Shown: positions 12,795 through 25,928 of the stretch, one piece after another
Layout: the number at the start of each line of letters is the position of its first letter
Position numbering within the stretch: the first letter of the stretch is position 1
Assembly (NCBI GenBank): GCA_010909165.1
Contig: MU008167.1
Span: forward strand, 1,054,001-1,118,000
DNA length: 64,000 nt
DNA from: Anthoceros angustus
Taxonomy: Eukaryota > Plantae > Anthocerotophyta
Direction: 5' to 3'
Notes under the pieces: generated by a model
Database searches by the model: none
What the model was told of the DNA's origin: nothing
Seen by the model: the letters and a program-made list of their open reading frames with translations, nothing else
Made by a program: the position numbers and the translations under genes

Positions 12795-12964
12795 CTGACA
12801 AGCGCTGGCAACAAAATGTGCGGAGCGGATCGCCAGCAGTAGCTGCAGCTCGGCATTGTATGAAGGAAGCTAGCCTAGCGTCAGGGGTGTTCATGCTTGA
12901 ACTCGCATTCACGCGCCTCGCATTCAGCTGACTGGAGCGCGCATTGCAAGTTTCTCGGCACAGA

Positions 12965-14602
12965 ATGAGTGGAGGCGTGTCAGAGTGATGGCCTGGGTGC
13001 CTGCCCTGGCGATGCGCAACAATGGCAACATGAGCTGTCTGCACGAGAACGCGTTCCAGTACGACGCGAATTTCAGTGGCAGCTCCGATCTCGGTAGGCT
13101 GTGCGGTAGCGCGCCCTGGACAGAACGACTCGTGGCAGCGGTGGATCAGATACTGGCGGCCAGCGTGTTCAAGGCTTTGGATGGAATAGGATTGGATATC
13201 AGGCGTCCAAGTCCGAATACGGCCGGATTACCGTTCGTAAAAGTCCGACACCTGTCGTAGTGGCTATTACCTGTTACTTGTTGATGGTATTCATATGGTC
13301 CCTCCAGATCAAGTGGGCGGGCTTGAAACCGAGACAACACGATCCAATGCCGTTGAGGTGTCTTGTCATTGGTCACAACTTCTTCCTTGCTGCACTGAGC
13401 ATCTTCATGGGAGTGGGATTGATCCTGGAGGCCTGGAAATCTGGGTAAGCGTCAGGGCCACTTGATTCTTGCTTGAATGTGTTATCTGCTGCTTAAAACT
13501 GGTGTTATCGCCTGACTCTTCTTATCAACTGCTTACTGTACAGGTATTCTCTGTGGGGCAATCCCTACAAAGATGATGATGTCAAGGTAACCGTCTGATG
13601 GAGCTTTCTTCTTGCTTCGTGTTACCAGGAAATTTGAAATATACTGATGCTGACTCAACATGTTTACTCTGGTGCAGATGGGATTCTACATCTATATCTT
13701 TTACGTCTCCAAGCTCTACGAGTTTGTTGACACGGTAATGCACTTGATGCCACTGAGCAATCCGTACTGTGAGCAAGATGTCTGATAGAACCGCAGCCTC
13801 CCCAATGGTAAAACCTCATGTTGAAGTCGCTGGTTGCAGGGATAATGCTTTTGAAAAGGAATCTTCGTCAAATCAGTTACTTGCATGTCTACCACCATGC
13901 AAGTATCTCGTTCATATGGTGGATAATGGCGTATCGCTGCCCTGGTGGCGATGGTACATCTCTTTCTTCCTACTTCCTGCTCCATTTCTGTCCCTTAGCT
14001 TTTGAGCTGCAGCATATTGCCACAGTTCCTGACCCCCGCCAACAATTTGCAGCATATTTCTCAGCAGCGTTCAACTCTTGGATACATGTGGTGATGTATG
14101 TGTATTACATGCTCGCTGCAATTATCGCCAAGAATGAAGCAAAGAGACGCAAGTACCTTTTCTGGGGCAAGTAAGTGAAATGTGCTTATCGTTCTCCTGT
14201 CCATTGCTGCCTTCCCCACTACTTGTGGGCTAATGGCTGTGCCCTCCCCGCAGGTATCTCACCATGATGCAGATGTTTCAATTCATGTCTTTCATCGGAC
14301 AAGCTGTCTACGGGATGGTCAAACCAGGTCTCTACCCAAAGGGCCTGAGTGGGGTGAGTAGTCTCAGCCTTGATTCCCTTTGTCGTCATGCTCCTCCTGC
14401 GCACCCTTGTTTGTAGCTGTCTGCTGTGGTCGTCTCCTGGAGTAGCAGAGCACCTGGGATCGGAGCTATCTTTGGTCTGACCCACGTTTTCCTAATGCAG
14501 CTACTGTTTTTCTACTCGTTGTCGCTGCTCCTGTTCTTCAGCAACTTCTTCTTCAAAAAATATTCCAGACCCCGACAAGCGTCAGCACACAAGCTTGACT
14601 GA
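12965..14602 (+). pseudogene. Elongase copy 2: near-identical tandem copy with at least 3 early single-base deletions but an intact C-terminus (...KKYSRPRQASAHKLD*)
   Basis: Period 1784 bp (11011 vs 12795). Missing bases near 12983, in the A-run 13239-13242 and in the G-run 13839-13841. Confidence 0.8.
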
Positions 14603-15005
14603 CGTAGACGAAAGGAGGCCATGTGTTGAAGAAATTAGCAGTAAAGTATATCGGCCGGGTCAGCTCACCTAGCCGATCAGTGTAGTGTGACGGCAAGTTT
14701 TGTAGTTTTCTCCCCAGTTAGCAGTAAACTTCAGGTGTGTCTCCACAACTCCGTTCCGTCCGCAACTCCATTTCCGTGTGAGTTGCTGTAGCGGGAGACC
14801 GCAGATCAGACCTGAACAATGTTTTTTTATGTAAACAAATTTCAATACTTTGTGGTGCATTTCGACTACAAAACTTCTGAATCCTATTCCTCTGCCAGGC
14901 TTTCAAGAATATTCCACTCTACCAAGTAGCGGCTTAGAGGCTGGCCTGTGTGATGACGAAGTGCGTCAGCTCTGACAAGTTGAACGAGTAATAATGCTTT
15001 TGGAA

Positions 15006-15993
15006 CTATTTGATTTCCACCTGTGAAGCCATCTTGCATTGCGTGGAGAGCCGGCGATGTTTGCGGTCCTGCTTCACAGCTAGCACCAGGCAATCAGAGT
15101 GCTTCATGCAGTATTTGGGAGTGTCTTCTTTCCCCAGGATCCTGCAGTTATTCCAGACCAAGCCCTGTCAAACCCTCAGCATCGCTTCTGACCGGGCACT
15201 GGGCTGGCCGTGACTTCCAGGCTAGGAGAACTCACCTCCATAACAATCCTCGTCTGTGCTGTCCCAGGATTATTGCAGAGGCTTTCAGCTTCTTGGTCAC
15301 CGACACTATGGTAGGGCCTTGATCACCTTCAACAACTATGATCTCCACTCTTGCCTGCATCGCATGTAAGAAAAATCCTCTCCCCTTCAGCCTGACAAGC
15401 ATGGTGGTCTTACAAGAATTGCTAGATCCAAACAAACAGAATCGATTTTCCCTCAGCCTGATCAGGATTGGTGTTTTACATCCAATTGTTAGATCCAAGT
15501 AGATTAAGATCTGCTACTAACCTCAGGGTTTTGACGATCACACAATTCCTTGAAGGAGAGAGCAAGCTGATAACCTTTGAGCCGGAGGAGCCTGCGAGTC
15601 CTGTCCACAACCTTGGTCCCGCTCTTAAGCAGGCTCGGTGCACTGTGAACTGCACTCCCACCACCACAGCCAGGGTGTTAGCCAAGAACTCCTAGACTGA
15701 GCTCAGCTCGCAATAATAACCCATATTGAATGGAAATTGTGGGCCTGCGCTGCTGGCAGGCAAAGAGGAGGGCAAGGAGAAGGCCAAGGAGGAGCACCGG
15801 AGGAAGAAGAACGGGCAGGGATAGAGGGGTGCACATGCAGCAAGGTGATGATGTCTCCCCTGCGCACCACATTGAGCATGGCCCAGCGCAATGCAGCCCT
15901 GGCAGGCTTCACATCATCCACCACCACCACCATCCTCCTGGCCTCCTGCCCATCCGCCTGAGGCTGCAAGCACCCGCTTTTATCCCATTCCAT
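15006..15993 (-). CDS. Universal stress protein (USP/UspA-like) domain gene, multi-exon
   Basis: RMVVVVDDVKPARAALRWAMLNVVRRGDIITLLHV; RLKGYQLALSFKELCD; ARVEIIVVEGDQGPTIVSVTKKLKASAIILGQHRRGLLWR; KYCMKHSDCLVLAVK. The first junction is unresolved. Confidence 0.8.
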
Positions 15994-17399
15994 GCACCCG
16001 CACCCCACTCTCCTACCTACCCCCTCCTCTCCTACCTCTGCCTACTAGAAACACACACACATTTTTCCACCCTTGCCTCCAGCTCCAGCTTCAATTCCCC
16101 TTCCTTCCCCGACCCGCCACATCCGCCTCCAATTCCTGTTGAGCGATCCCGCCAGGCACCGACGCCGCCATTAGATCCTTCCCCGTCCCTTCCCGAGCTC
16201 CATCCGAGGATTCACGGGCCTGGGGCCGGTAGCCGGCACTGGATTCCGTTACGAGAGGCCGCTGCTGATCCCGGCGCCCGCATCGCCACCCCAGGCAGGC
16301 AGGCTGGGCCGGAGCACCACGGCAGCGGCAGCGGTAGAGGCAGGGGCACCTGTCCTGCCCAGCGTCCAGCCAAACCACGGCCATAACGCTTGCTATTCAT
16401 AGCCGGCGACAGTGATGGCTTATGGCGGCCCAGCTCGCACCGAGCGCCCGGCCTAGAACTCCTCGCCTTCTGACGGGCGGGTAGGCGGGCGCGCAGCTCA
16501 GCAAGCCCGGGCGCGGCGTGGGCTCGAGTTCCCACTTGGGCACCAGGGCTATGCGGGGGCCCAGTGGCGAGGGAGAGCAGGAGGAACGTTGGGCGAGGCT
16601 AGCCCGGGCGGTTCGTACTCGAGCACGGACAAGGGGTCCACCGCCTGCCTTGGGAACAGGATATCTTCGGACCGACCATAAAGATTTTCTGTTCTGGATT
16701 CCGCACTGGCTTCTGTTCCGTAATCTGAATCATTACCTCACCAAAGCCTGAACATTTTGCTACGCCAAGGCCCTGTCATCGGCCCGCCTTGCGAAGCTCT
16801 CCTTGGCACCACATTTATTGGTTATGCTCGCTAAAAACAGAACGTTGATGATTTTCGTAGATTTTTAAAAATAGATATCAGATTTATTGATCAAGGCAGC
16901 AATGTGCTATGGAATTTCCTTTATTTACTCCTAGAGGGTGCAGTCTAGTGCCGACATGCGACATTCCAAAATGGTGTGCATACGGTCATTCTACCAAATA
17001 TTTATCTCTATCCTAAAATGCTTTGTGTGAAAACAATTGCAAAATTGCAGAATTACAACCACCACCTTAAAATGGCATTAAATTGGGATTAGACCGTTAT
17101 GAGACGGTTTATTTTTTCCCTACCGATGTGAAGGTGTCGGAGCAGTATAATCCAATTTTGAGCTTGGAGTTTGTGCTCCTTGCAAAGACATGAAAAATCT
17201 TAGTGCTGCCTACATCAAGACTCTAGGACAGAAGAGAAACCACTACGAATGAGCAATAGAAACATGTCCAGAAATGGATAGAGGCTAATTTGACAAAGGG
17301 AGAGCTGAGATTAGGCAGAGGTCCTAGGACGCAAGTCCTACGACACAAGTCCCGGGACATCAGGACGCTGGGACAGAAGATCCACTACAACACATGTGT

Positions 17400-17800
17400 T
17401 GTAGGGCCCCTCTCAGCCAAGTTTTGCTGCCCTCAATGGTGCACCATCGAGGGCTCACAAGAGCCCATCTGACAAGATTATTGTCGTAAAGCTTTTCCCA
17501 CCAGCTTTTCTCGGTCTGCAAGATCTGGTGCCCACCTTCCCCAAACAACCGACTTCCTAGCGCTCCGGTGAGCTTTGGATGCAGGCTCTCCCCGACCCAT
17601 GTAGAAATTCCTTGGCCCGATGACGATGGAGGACCTTTCCATAATCACAGCCCAATTTGGAAGTCTCAGTTGCTATGTGTTCAGAAGTCTTGGATGTGTG
17701 TTTGCCCCTGTATGATAGTAGCCTCATCTTCCTGATGCTGTATAAATCCCTGGACTTACAGGTGATGTTGCGCTTCATCCTTCGTACCCTCAACCCGGTC
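17400..17800 (-). mobile_element. Possible highly degenerate LINE (L1/Tx1-like) post-RT fragment
   Basis: Fragmentary motifs across frames (W-A-V-I-M-E, I-S-T-W-V-G, N-N-L-V). Weak. Confidence 0.3.
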
Positions 17801-18221
17801 AAGTAGGAGCTCCCGGAACCCATGCTGGAAGTTGCCTTTGCTCCTCCCCTTCCCTCCGCCTCTCCCCTGTTTACACTGCCTCCCGCCACCACCCCTCACC
17901 AACCCTTACCAACTGAGCCCATTTGAGGGGATCCTGGTGTGACAAGGCCGTTGGTGGGAAATGTTGTTGCTTGTTTGCTTTTGAATGATTGGTATCAAAC
18001 TGCTGCACCTGACTGCGAGCATGCACGGTGGTAGCTAGAAATGGATTATGCAAGAGGGAGACACCCCACGGCGAAAGGCGTGTTGAAAGTTGCCTGGTTT
18101 TTTCAGATTTGATGGGGTGGAGATGAGAAGATATGTTTGGGAGCTGCAAAGCCTCCAAATAACAAACCATTCACCTCCTTCCACTCCCGCCTCTTGCGTG
18201 GGGATAGGCCACTAGTGTAAA

Positions 18222-18277
18222 GCCTTTATGCGAATCAGTTCCAAGAACTCATCGAGTTAACTGATTCGCATAAAGGC
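18222..18277. other. Perfect 19-bp inverted repeat hairpin with a nested 5-bp inner stem
   Basis: GCCTTTATGCGAATCAGTT (18222-18240) pairs with AACTGATTCGCATAAAGGC (18259-18277); the loop contains AACTC-ATC-GAGTT. Confidence 0.9.
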
Positions 18278-20220
18278 CGCAAACGAGACACCAAGGAAGT
18301 GGAACGAGGTGTCAAGCTCGAGGAGGAAGAGGTTATGTCAGGATGTACTGGCATAGTTTTCGGACTTAATTGTAAAGGGGCTAGCTAGTCATTTTTTCAG
18401 CCAATACACACGGAGTTGGAACAACCGGTATGTGGAGCAGTAAAGGCATTGTGCGTTGGAGAAGTAACATATTGCTAATAGGTCCATGAAATTCAAGCCA
18501 CTTACGGCAAATAACAAAGAAGTACTCAAGGATGGTGGGAAATACTGACATATATGGACATGGGTGAAACTATGTAAGCATAGAAATTTATTTCCTACCA
18601 TTTAAGGCTCAGATAACAGTAAGAAAGCGGATGGTGAGCGGCCCAACCAGAATGACCGATGTGGCAAAAAAGGATGGAATTATCAGATTTCCTAATTGGG
18701 AAGCCATCGAATTGGCATGAAGTGGTCGAGGATGAGAAAGAGGATGCGAGTGGAGGGGAGGGAGCAATAGGTGATACTTACATTCTTGACTAGGTATCAA
18801 GTGAGGAAAGAGTTGGCGGGGATAACGATGAGGATGGGGAGGATGGGGAGGATGGGAAAAATAGGAAGAGGAGGACGATGAGAACAAAGGGAATGAGGAC
18901 GATGTGGAAGAGTAGGGTGAAAAGGAGCAGAAAGGAGATGAGAGTGACGCTAATGGTTCTGAAAGTGCACATTTTCATACAGTCAAAGTGACTATAGTGA
19001 GAAATGCAAAGCCAATCAAAAACCACAAATGGAAGGATGACTTACAAGAGCCCAAGCAGCATCTATGAAAGAGAAGGCATCTGGATCGAAAGGGAGCGGG
19101 CTATCGTTACTATGCTCCGGAAAAACTAAAATCGCTAAAGCGAGGAACAGCCCAGGTGCAACCGTGATCGGGCCAAGAGCGCCGACCTTAAGACATGTGA
19201 AAGAAGTCCTTCCTAACTTAGCAATGCCGCTGGACTCTACCATATGGCACCACTTGGACCATCCTTCTAATGAGTTGTCCCACCTCCCGTACTAACCATC
19301 CCTGATAATTAGTATTGTTTTACTGCTACTACCTATACTTAAAACATTTTACTATGTACCTGACTCTTATTATTTCTAATTACAATCTACCCAAATCCTA
19401 CATAGGTCTTACTTATATCCAACATTAATTTTCATACCGAGATGACTCGTACTCCTACACCTACTCCTATTCCTACTAGATGATTAATTCCTACATATTT
19501 CTATGACTCGTATTCCTAGTTTCTAGCTATTTCCTATATCAAAAATGTCTCTCTATCCTACTTATAGCCTATGCATGAATTGTCATTGTCCTAAGTAGGA
19601 AAATCCTAATTGCACCAATTAATTCCTAGAATTAAAAGAAATACTTGCAGGTTATCACGAATTGTTTCGTTTTAATTTCATTCTAGTCACTCATGTTTCC
19701 TTTAAGAACTTAGGCGTCCCCAAACTTTTGGATTCCGCAGACGTATTTTATGTCGGAAATTCGTTTAACAATTGTTTGGGATTTCCGATTATCGATTTTT
19801 CAATTTTTTAATTTCTGAACCGCCTTAGAGAGTTGCTCTCTTTGACGCACTGTAGCGCCAGCCTCATTTCAAAGACATACTCCAATTTTAGAACAAAAAA
19901 TGTAACCACAAGTAATTGACCACAAAAGTTGGAGGCTAGGCATTCTCAGCTCCCAAAACAGTGAGTAATGCTTTTAGCAGCAAGTTCATCCGAAAGAAAC
20001 CCCTAGCTTGAGTATACCTATGAAAACAAAAAACAAGGGTGGGCATGTGCACATCAGAAGCGATTTTGGTGCCCCAAAAGCATAGCAAAAGCATACTCAA
20101 AGTCTCACTTTAATATTGTTGGGCATTTTGCACCCATATTTTGAGATCCCGACTTTGAGTCCCTCATTCCCTCATTAAGTCTTACATTTTGAGGTCCCGA
20201 CTTAGAGTCCCTCTATTGAG

Positions 20221-20312
20221 ACTTTATACTATTTTAAGCTATTGAATGTTATGATAAAAAAAATCAACTTTATACTATTTTAAGCTATTGAATGTTATGA
20301 TAAAAAAAATCA
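20221..20312. repeat. Perfect 46-bp tandem duplication
   Basis: ACTTTATACTATTTTAAGCTATTGAATGTTATGATAAAAAAAATCA twice. Confidence 0.9.
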
Positions 20313-20974
20313 ACCGTCCAAAATCTTACCCCATAATGAGAGTTCCCAATCGTCCTTCCTTTTCTTCCAGTAATAATGTTCTGGGCCCTTTCTATAAACA
20401 TCTGGTTGTAAGAGTTTAGATAATACCATATAAGGCATAAATTATAACGAATTGCCGAAACGACATGTATAAATATAATGCAGATTTAGCCTGGCGTGAA
20501 AGTTCGATATATCCACTGCGGCACGATAGAAATGTCCTGAAAGAGAGGTGTACCACAGCTCTTTCAAAAGCTATGAATACTTGTCATAGAGTGAAAGCAA
20601 AAGCAAAGTAGAAAAGGCCTGTTCGTGGAACGAGGATGTCGTAATGGTACTTGAGGTGGTTGCAAGTTAGGTTTCCCGTCCAACTGTGTGCTCTAATAGG
20701 GACTGGGTATTCTAGTGTCACTCGCACTATAGACAATCCAACCAACCAACAAAGCCCAAACAAGTCCTTTCATATCGTGCAGAGCTGCTCATGTTCTTGA
20801 TGACACGTCTCAACAGGATGCCACAGGAGGGCAATACAGTGCACATACTAGTAGTAGCCGTTGCACGCATACATCTGATTTGCATCCCAGGAGACAACAG
20901 TTCGTAGCCAGCTAACCGGCAACTCTTCCTATCAGTCTATCATGAGTCCAAATGTGTCCGATATCCGTCTCTAT

Positions 20975-23900
20975 TCATCTCGGGCAATGTATGCTGCAAC
21001 CTGCTTGAAACTGGAGATGCTCCTCTTCCCCAACCAAAAAGCTATGCACCAGTCCGTCCTTATCTGTCCACCAGCTCTGACCTGGCTGCTTCCATGCCCT
21101 GCTACTTTTTCGTCTTGCCTCCACATTCTGTGCCTGCTCCTGCATCTGGGCACCGGTGTAAATGTTTGACATCACCACATATGCTGATGCATCTGTTTGG
21201 TCTAGCTTCACTGCTTCATTGAAGGCGTGGCATGCCACCTCCACATTGCTCCACTTTCGACAGGCTCCCAACAGAGTGTGCCAAACTGCAGCACTTGGCG
21301 ATACAGGCATCGTCCTTATTAAATCTAGTGCCTCATCCAGTAGTCCTGCACGACCCAGGAGATCCACCATGCATGTGTAGTGGTTCTCCGTGGGAGTAAT
21401 GCCATGTTGTCTCCTCATGGCCTCAAAGTATTCACGGCCCTCGACCACTAGACCAGCATGACTGCACACTGTTAGCACACTAAGGAATGTGATGCCGTCT
21501 GGCTGGATGCCATCCTCTTTCATTCTCTGGATCAAGTCAAAGACCACCTCACTGTTCCCTTGACAAGTGTACCCTGCAATAAGAGCGTTCCAGATTACGA
21601 CGTCTTTTTCAGGCAATGCATCAAACACCTGCTGTGCATCAACGGTGCTGCCAGACTTTCCATACATGTTGATTAAACTGCCGGCTACGAATACATCCAC
21701 CTGAAGGCCTTGCTCTACAATCTGTGCATGTAGCTGCCTTCCCATATGCAAAGCTGCTACATTTGCACATGCCTGTAGGAGGCACACGAATGTCACTGGA
21801 TCAGGTACACCCCTACCTTCTTCTCGCATAGCACTGTAGAGACGAAATGCTTCCTGACCCATACCCTGCTGAGAATACCCTGCTAGCATGGCATTCCATG
21901 TCACCACATTTTTTTCACCAAGTCCGGCAAACACTTTTTCTGCATCTCCCAAGCTGCCACACTTTGCATACATGTTCACCAGACTGCTGGCTACAAATAA
22001 ATCAGCTTCATGTCCCCCTTCGCGGATCTCCTTATGCAGCTCCTTTCCCTTCTCCAAACCCAGGGTGCCCAAAGTTGCACATGCCTGCAAGAGGCACACA
22101 AATGTTGCAGAATCGGGTAAAGCCATGCCTTCATCTTGCATAGAACTGTAGAGACAAAAAGCTTCACGCACCATACCCTGCTGGATATACCCTGCTATCA
22201 TGGCATTCCACATAGCCACATTTTTTTGACCGAATTTGTCAAACAATCGTTGAGCATCCATTAAGCTGCCACACTTTGAGTACATGTTTACCAAACTGCT
22301 GGCTATAAAGACATCACCTTCATGTCCTCGTCTTCTGATCTGCAAATGAAGCTCCTTCCCCTTCTCCAAGGCTGGAGTGCCCACACTTGCACAAGCCTGC
22401 AGGAGGCACATGAATGTCACAGAATCAGGTGAAGCCATGCCTCCTTCTTGCAGCGCACTGTACAGACAAAGGGCTTCCAGTCCTGTGCCCTGCTGGGAAT
22501 ACCCTGCTATCATGGCATTCCACGTCACCAAATCTTTTTGACCAAGTCCATCAAACACTTGCTGAGCATCCTCCAAACTCCCACACTTTGCATACATGTT
22601 CACCAAACTGCTAGCTACAAACCCATCAGGCTCATGACCTTGTTCTTGGATCTGCATATGAAGCTCCTTGCCTTTCCCCAAAGCTGGGGTGCCCATACTT
22701 GCACATGCCTGCAGGAGGCACACATATGTCACGGAATCAGGTACAGCCATGCCTTCCTCTTGCATAGCACTGTAGAGACCAAGGGCTTCCTGCCCCATAC
22801 CCTGCTGGGAGTACCCTGCTATCATGGCATTCCATGTGACAACATCCTTTTGTTTGAGTTCCTTGAATACTCTCTGGGCATCTTCCAAGCTGCCACACTT
22901 TGCATACATGTTCACCAGATTATTGGCTACATACACATCGGTTTCATGTCCTAGTTCTTTAATTTTCTCATGAAGCTCTTTACCCTTCTCCAGGGCTGGG
23001 GGGCCCATACTTGCACATGCCTGTAAGAGGCAAGAAAAAGTTATCAAATTAGATAAAGCCATGTCTTCCCCTACGAGAGCACTGTAGAGACGAAGGGCTT
23101 CCTGCCCCAACCCTTGCTTGGCATACCCTGCTATCATGGCATTCCACGTCACCACATCTTTATGATCAAGACCATCAAACACTATCTGAGCATCGTCCAA
23201 GCTCCCACACTTGGCATACATGTTCACCAAAGCGTTAGCTACAAACCCATCAGCATGATGTCCTCGCTCCTTGATTTGTGCATGAAGGTGTTTTCCCTTC
23301 TGCAGTGCCAGGTTGCCCACACTTGCACATGCCTGCAGGAGGCACAAGAATGTCACAGAATCGGGGACAACAACACCCTCTTCTTGCATAGTACTGTAGA
23401 GGCGAAGGGCTTCATGCCCCATGCCCTGCTGGGAATACCCTGCAATCATGGCATTCCATGTCACCACATCCTTTTGTTTGAGTTCCTTGAATACTCTCTG
23501 GGCATCTTCAAGCTGCCACACTTTGCATACATGTTCACCAGATTATTGGCTACATACACATCGGTTTCATGTCCTAGTTCTTTAATTTTCTCATGAAGCT
23601 CTTTACCCTTCTCCAGGGCTGGGGGGCCCATACTTGCACATGCCTGTAAGAGGCAAGAAAAAGTTATCAAATTAGATAAAGCCATGTCTTCCCCTACGAG
23701 AGCACTGTAGAGACGAAGGGCTTCCTGCCCCAACCCTTGCTTGGCATACCCTGCTATCATGGCATTCCACGTCACCACATCTTTATGATCAAGACCATCA
23801 AACACTATCTGAGCATCGTCCAAGCTCCCACACTTGGCATACATGTTCACCAAAGCGTTAGCTACAAACCCATCAGCATGATGTCCTCGCTCCTTGATTT

Positions 23901-25719
23901 GTGCATGAAGGTGTTTTCCCTTCTGCAGTGCCAGGTTGCCCACACTTGCACATGCCTGCAGGAGGCACAAGAATGTCACAGAATCGGGGACAACAACACC
24001 CTCTTCTTGCATAGTACTGTAGAGACGAAGGGCTTCATGCCCCATGCCCTGCTGGGAATACCCTGCAATCATGGCATTCCAAGTCACCAGATCTTTATGA
24101 CGAAGTCCATCAAACACTCTCTGAGCATCCTCCAAACTGCCACACTTGGCATACATGTTCACCAAACTGCTGGATACAAACACATCACCTTCATACCCTC
24201 CTTCTCTGATTTGCGTATGAAACTGCCTCCCCGCCCCCAATGCCACGGTTCCCACACTTGCACATGCCTGCAAGAGGCTCACAAACGTCATGGAATCAGG
24301 TAGGACTACACCTTCTTCTTGCATAGAACTGTAGAGACGAAGGGCTTCCTGCCCCATTCCCTGTTTGCAATACCCTGCTATCATCGCATTCCACGTCACC
24401 ACATTTTTTTGACCAAGCCTGTCAAACAATCTCTGTGCATCCTTCAAGCTGCCGCACTTGGCATACATGTTAACCAAGCTGCTGGCAACAAACACATCAC
24501 CTTCACATCCTCGTTCTCGAACCTGGGCATGAAGCTGCCTCCCTTTCTCCAAACCTGGCGTGCCCACATTTGCACATGCCTGCAGGAGGCTCGCATATGT
24601 CACAGAATTGGGTACAGCCGTGCTTCCTTCTACCATGACACTGTAGAGTCGAAGGGCTTCCTGCCCCATGCCCTGCTGGGCATACCCTGATATCAATGCA
24701 TTCCACATAACCACATCCTTTCGCCCAACTCCATCAAACACTCTCCGTGCTTCTTCCAAGCTGCCACACTTTGCATACATGTCCACCAAGCAACTAGAAA
24801 CAAACAAATTATCCCCAATGCCACTGGCCAACACATCAGCATGCACCTGCTGCCCAGTTTTCAAATCCAATCCTCTTCCACAAGCCTGAAGAGCTGCCAC
24901 AAACACATGCCCATTTGGCCTCACACTAGACCCACACATCCTACGATACAGCTCTATGGCTTCCTTGTATCGTCCATGATTGACATGTGCAGAAATTATG
25001 GCAGACCACGTGAACGTATCCGGCTCAGCAAGAGCATCAAAGACCTCCATCGCATCTTGCAACCTGCCATGCGAAGCGTACATCCTCAGGACGTGAAATC
25101 CCAGGAAAGTGTCTGACTCGTACCCCTTTCTCACCGTAAAAGCATGTACCCGCCTACCGAGCACAAGATCCTTCTTCCCGACACATTCCTTCAGGACAGC
25201 ATAAAAGAGAGACCCTGAAACCTCACTATCTGCCTGCACCAGAACTTCCAAAGCCTCCACAGCCTCAGTGAGATGCCCCTCCTTACATAGCCTGCTCACC
25301 GTTTCAACAGTCACGCCCCTACCGTCACCTGCAGGCCTGCGACAGTCAGGATCATCCAGTAAGCTCCTGTTAAAGCCACAACGACCCATCCCCATATCCA
25401 GAGCAGCAAGCCGCACACCCACCCAACCGGGCTTGCAGAAGTTGTTTAACCAGAGGACCTCGTGAGACTGCCAGTGCAGGAAGTCTGGCCACCAGAGGCT
25501 CATCGTAATTTGCACGTTATCCCACCAAACTGTTGGGTCCCAAAAGAATTGTCTCCACAAAGCCTCCTGGCGAGGTGGGCAAGCCCCGTCTCCAGCTACA
25601 CATCTTCTTTGCCTTGCAAAGGTACATAGCGTCCCGACTTGGTTGTGCGCCAGCTGTTGATTCCTCGAAGAGATGCCAGCGGAAGCTCTTCGTAAAATAC
25701 CCATCACGCCACCGGCCAT
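20975..25719 (-). CDS. PLS-class PPR protein A: presequence, degenerate PDF motif, PLS array, E1/E2, WW-type PG box, no complete DYW; one frameshift (~23510) inside a 624-bp internal duplication
   Basis: ORFs 23461-25827 and 20975-23521 join at a 1-bp deletion (TCTTCAAG vs TCTTCCAAG). Repeated VVTWNAMIAGY / VTF.CLLQAC / VFVA.SLVNMYAKCG; C-terminus KQPGQSWWTDKDGLVHSFLVG. Start at 25719 chosen by homology with protein B. Confidence 0.92.
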
Positions 25720-25928
25720 GGCACGGCCTGAGCCATGCATGCAAGCCGCACGACCCCATAGCTGGTGATCAAGACCTGCCATCGATGCAGCTGGCCGAGA
25801 GGTCAAACGTATTCGATACAAAAGCATGTTAGAAAAACCTTTGCTACTCGCATCATGAGTTATGAAAGCAAAGCGAGGGCGCAGCGACAGTGGGCGCTTG
25901 TTGCATCCATGGCGGGCCAGTGTGTGTC

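Noticed and set aside
15730-16386. 218-aa Pro-rich + strand ORF
   Set aside because: Antisense to the USP gene in GC-rich sequence; no motif support.
20780-20920. Eroded DYW remnant downstream of PPR A (AGY, RLLLVCAL, RVIKNM in different frames)
   Set aside because: Spacing does not fit the DYW layout, there is no HxE or CxxC, and it is not conserved downstream of PPR B; chance similarity cannot be excluded.
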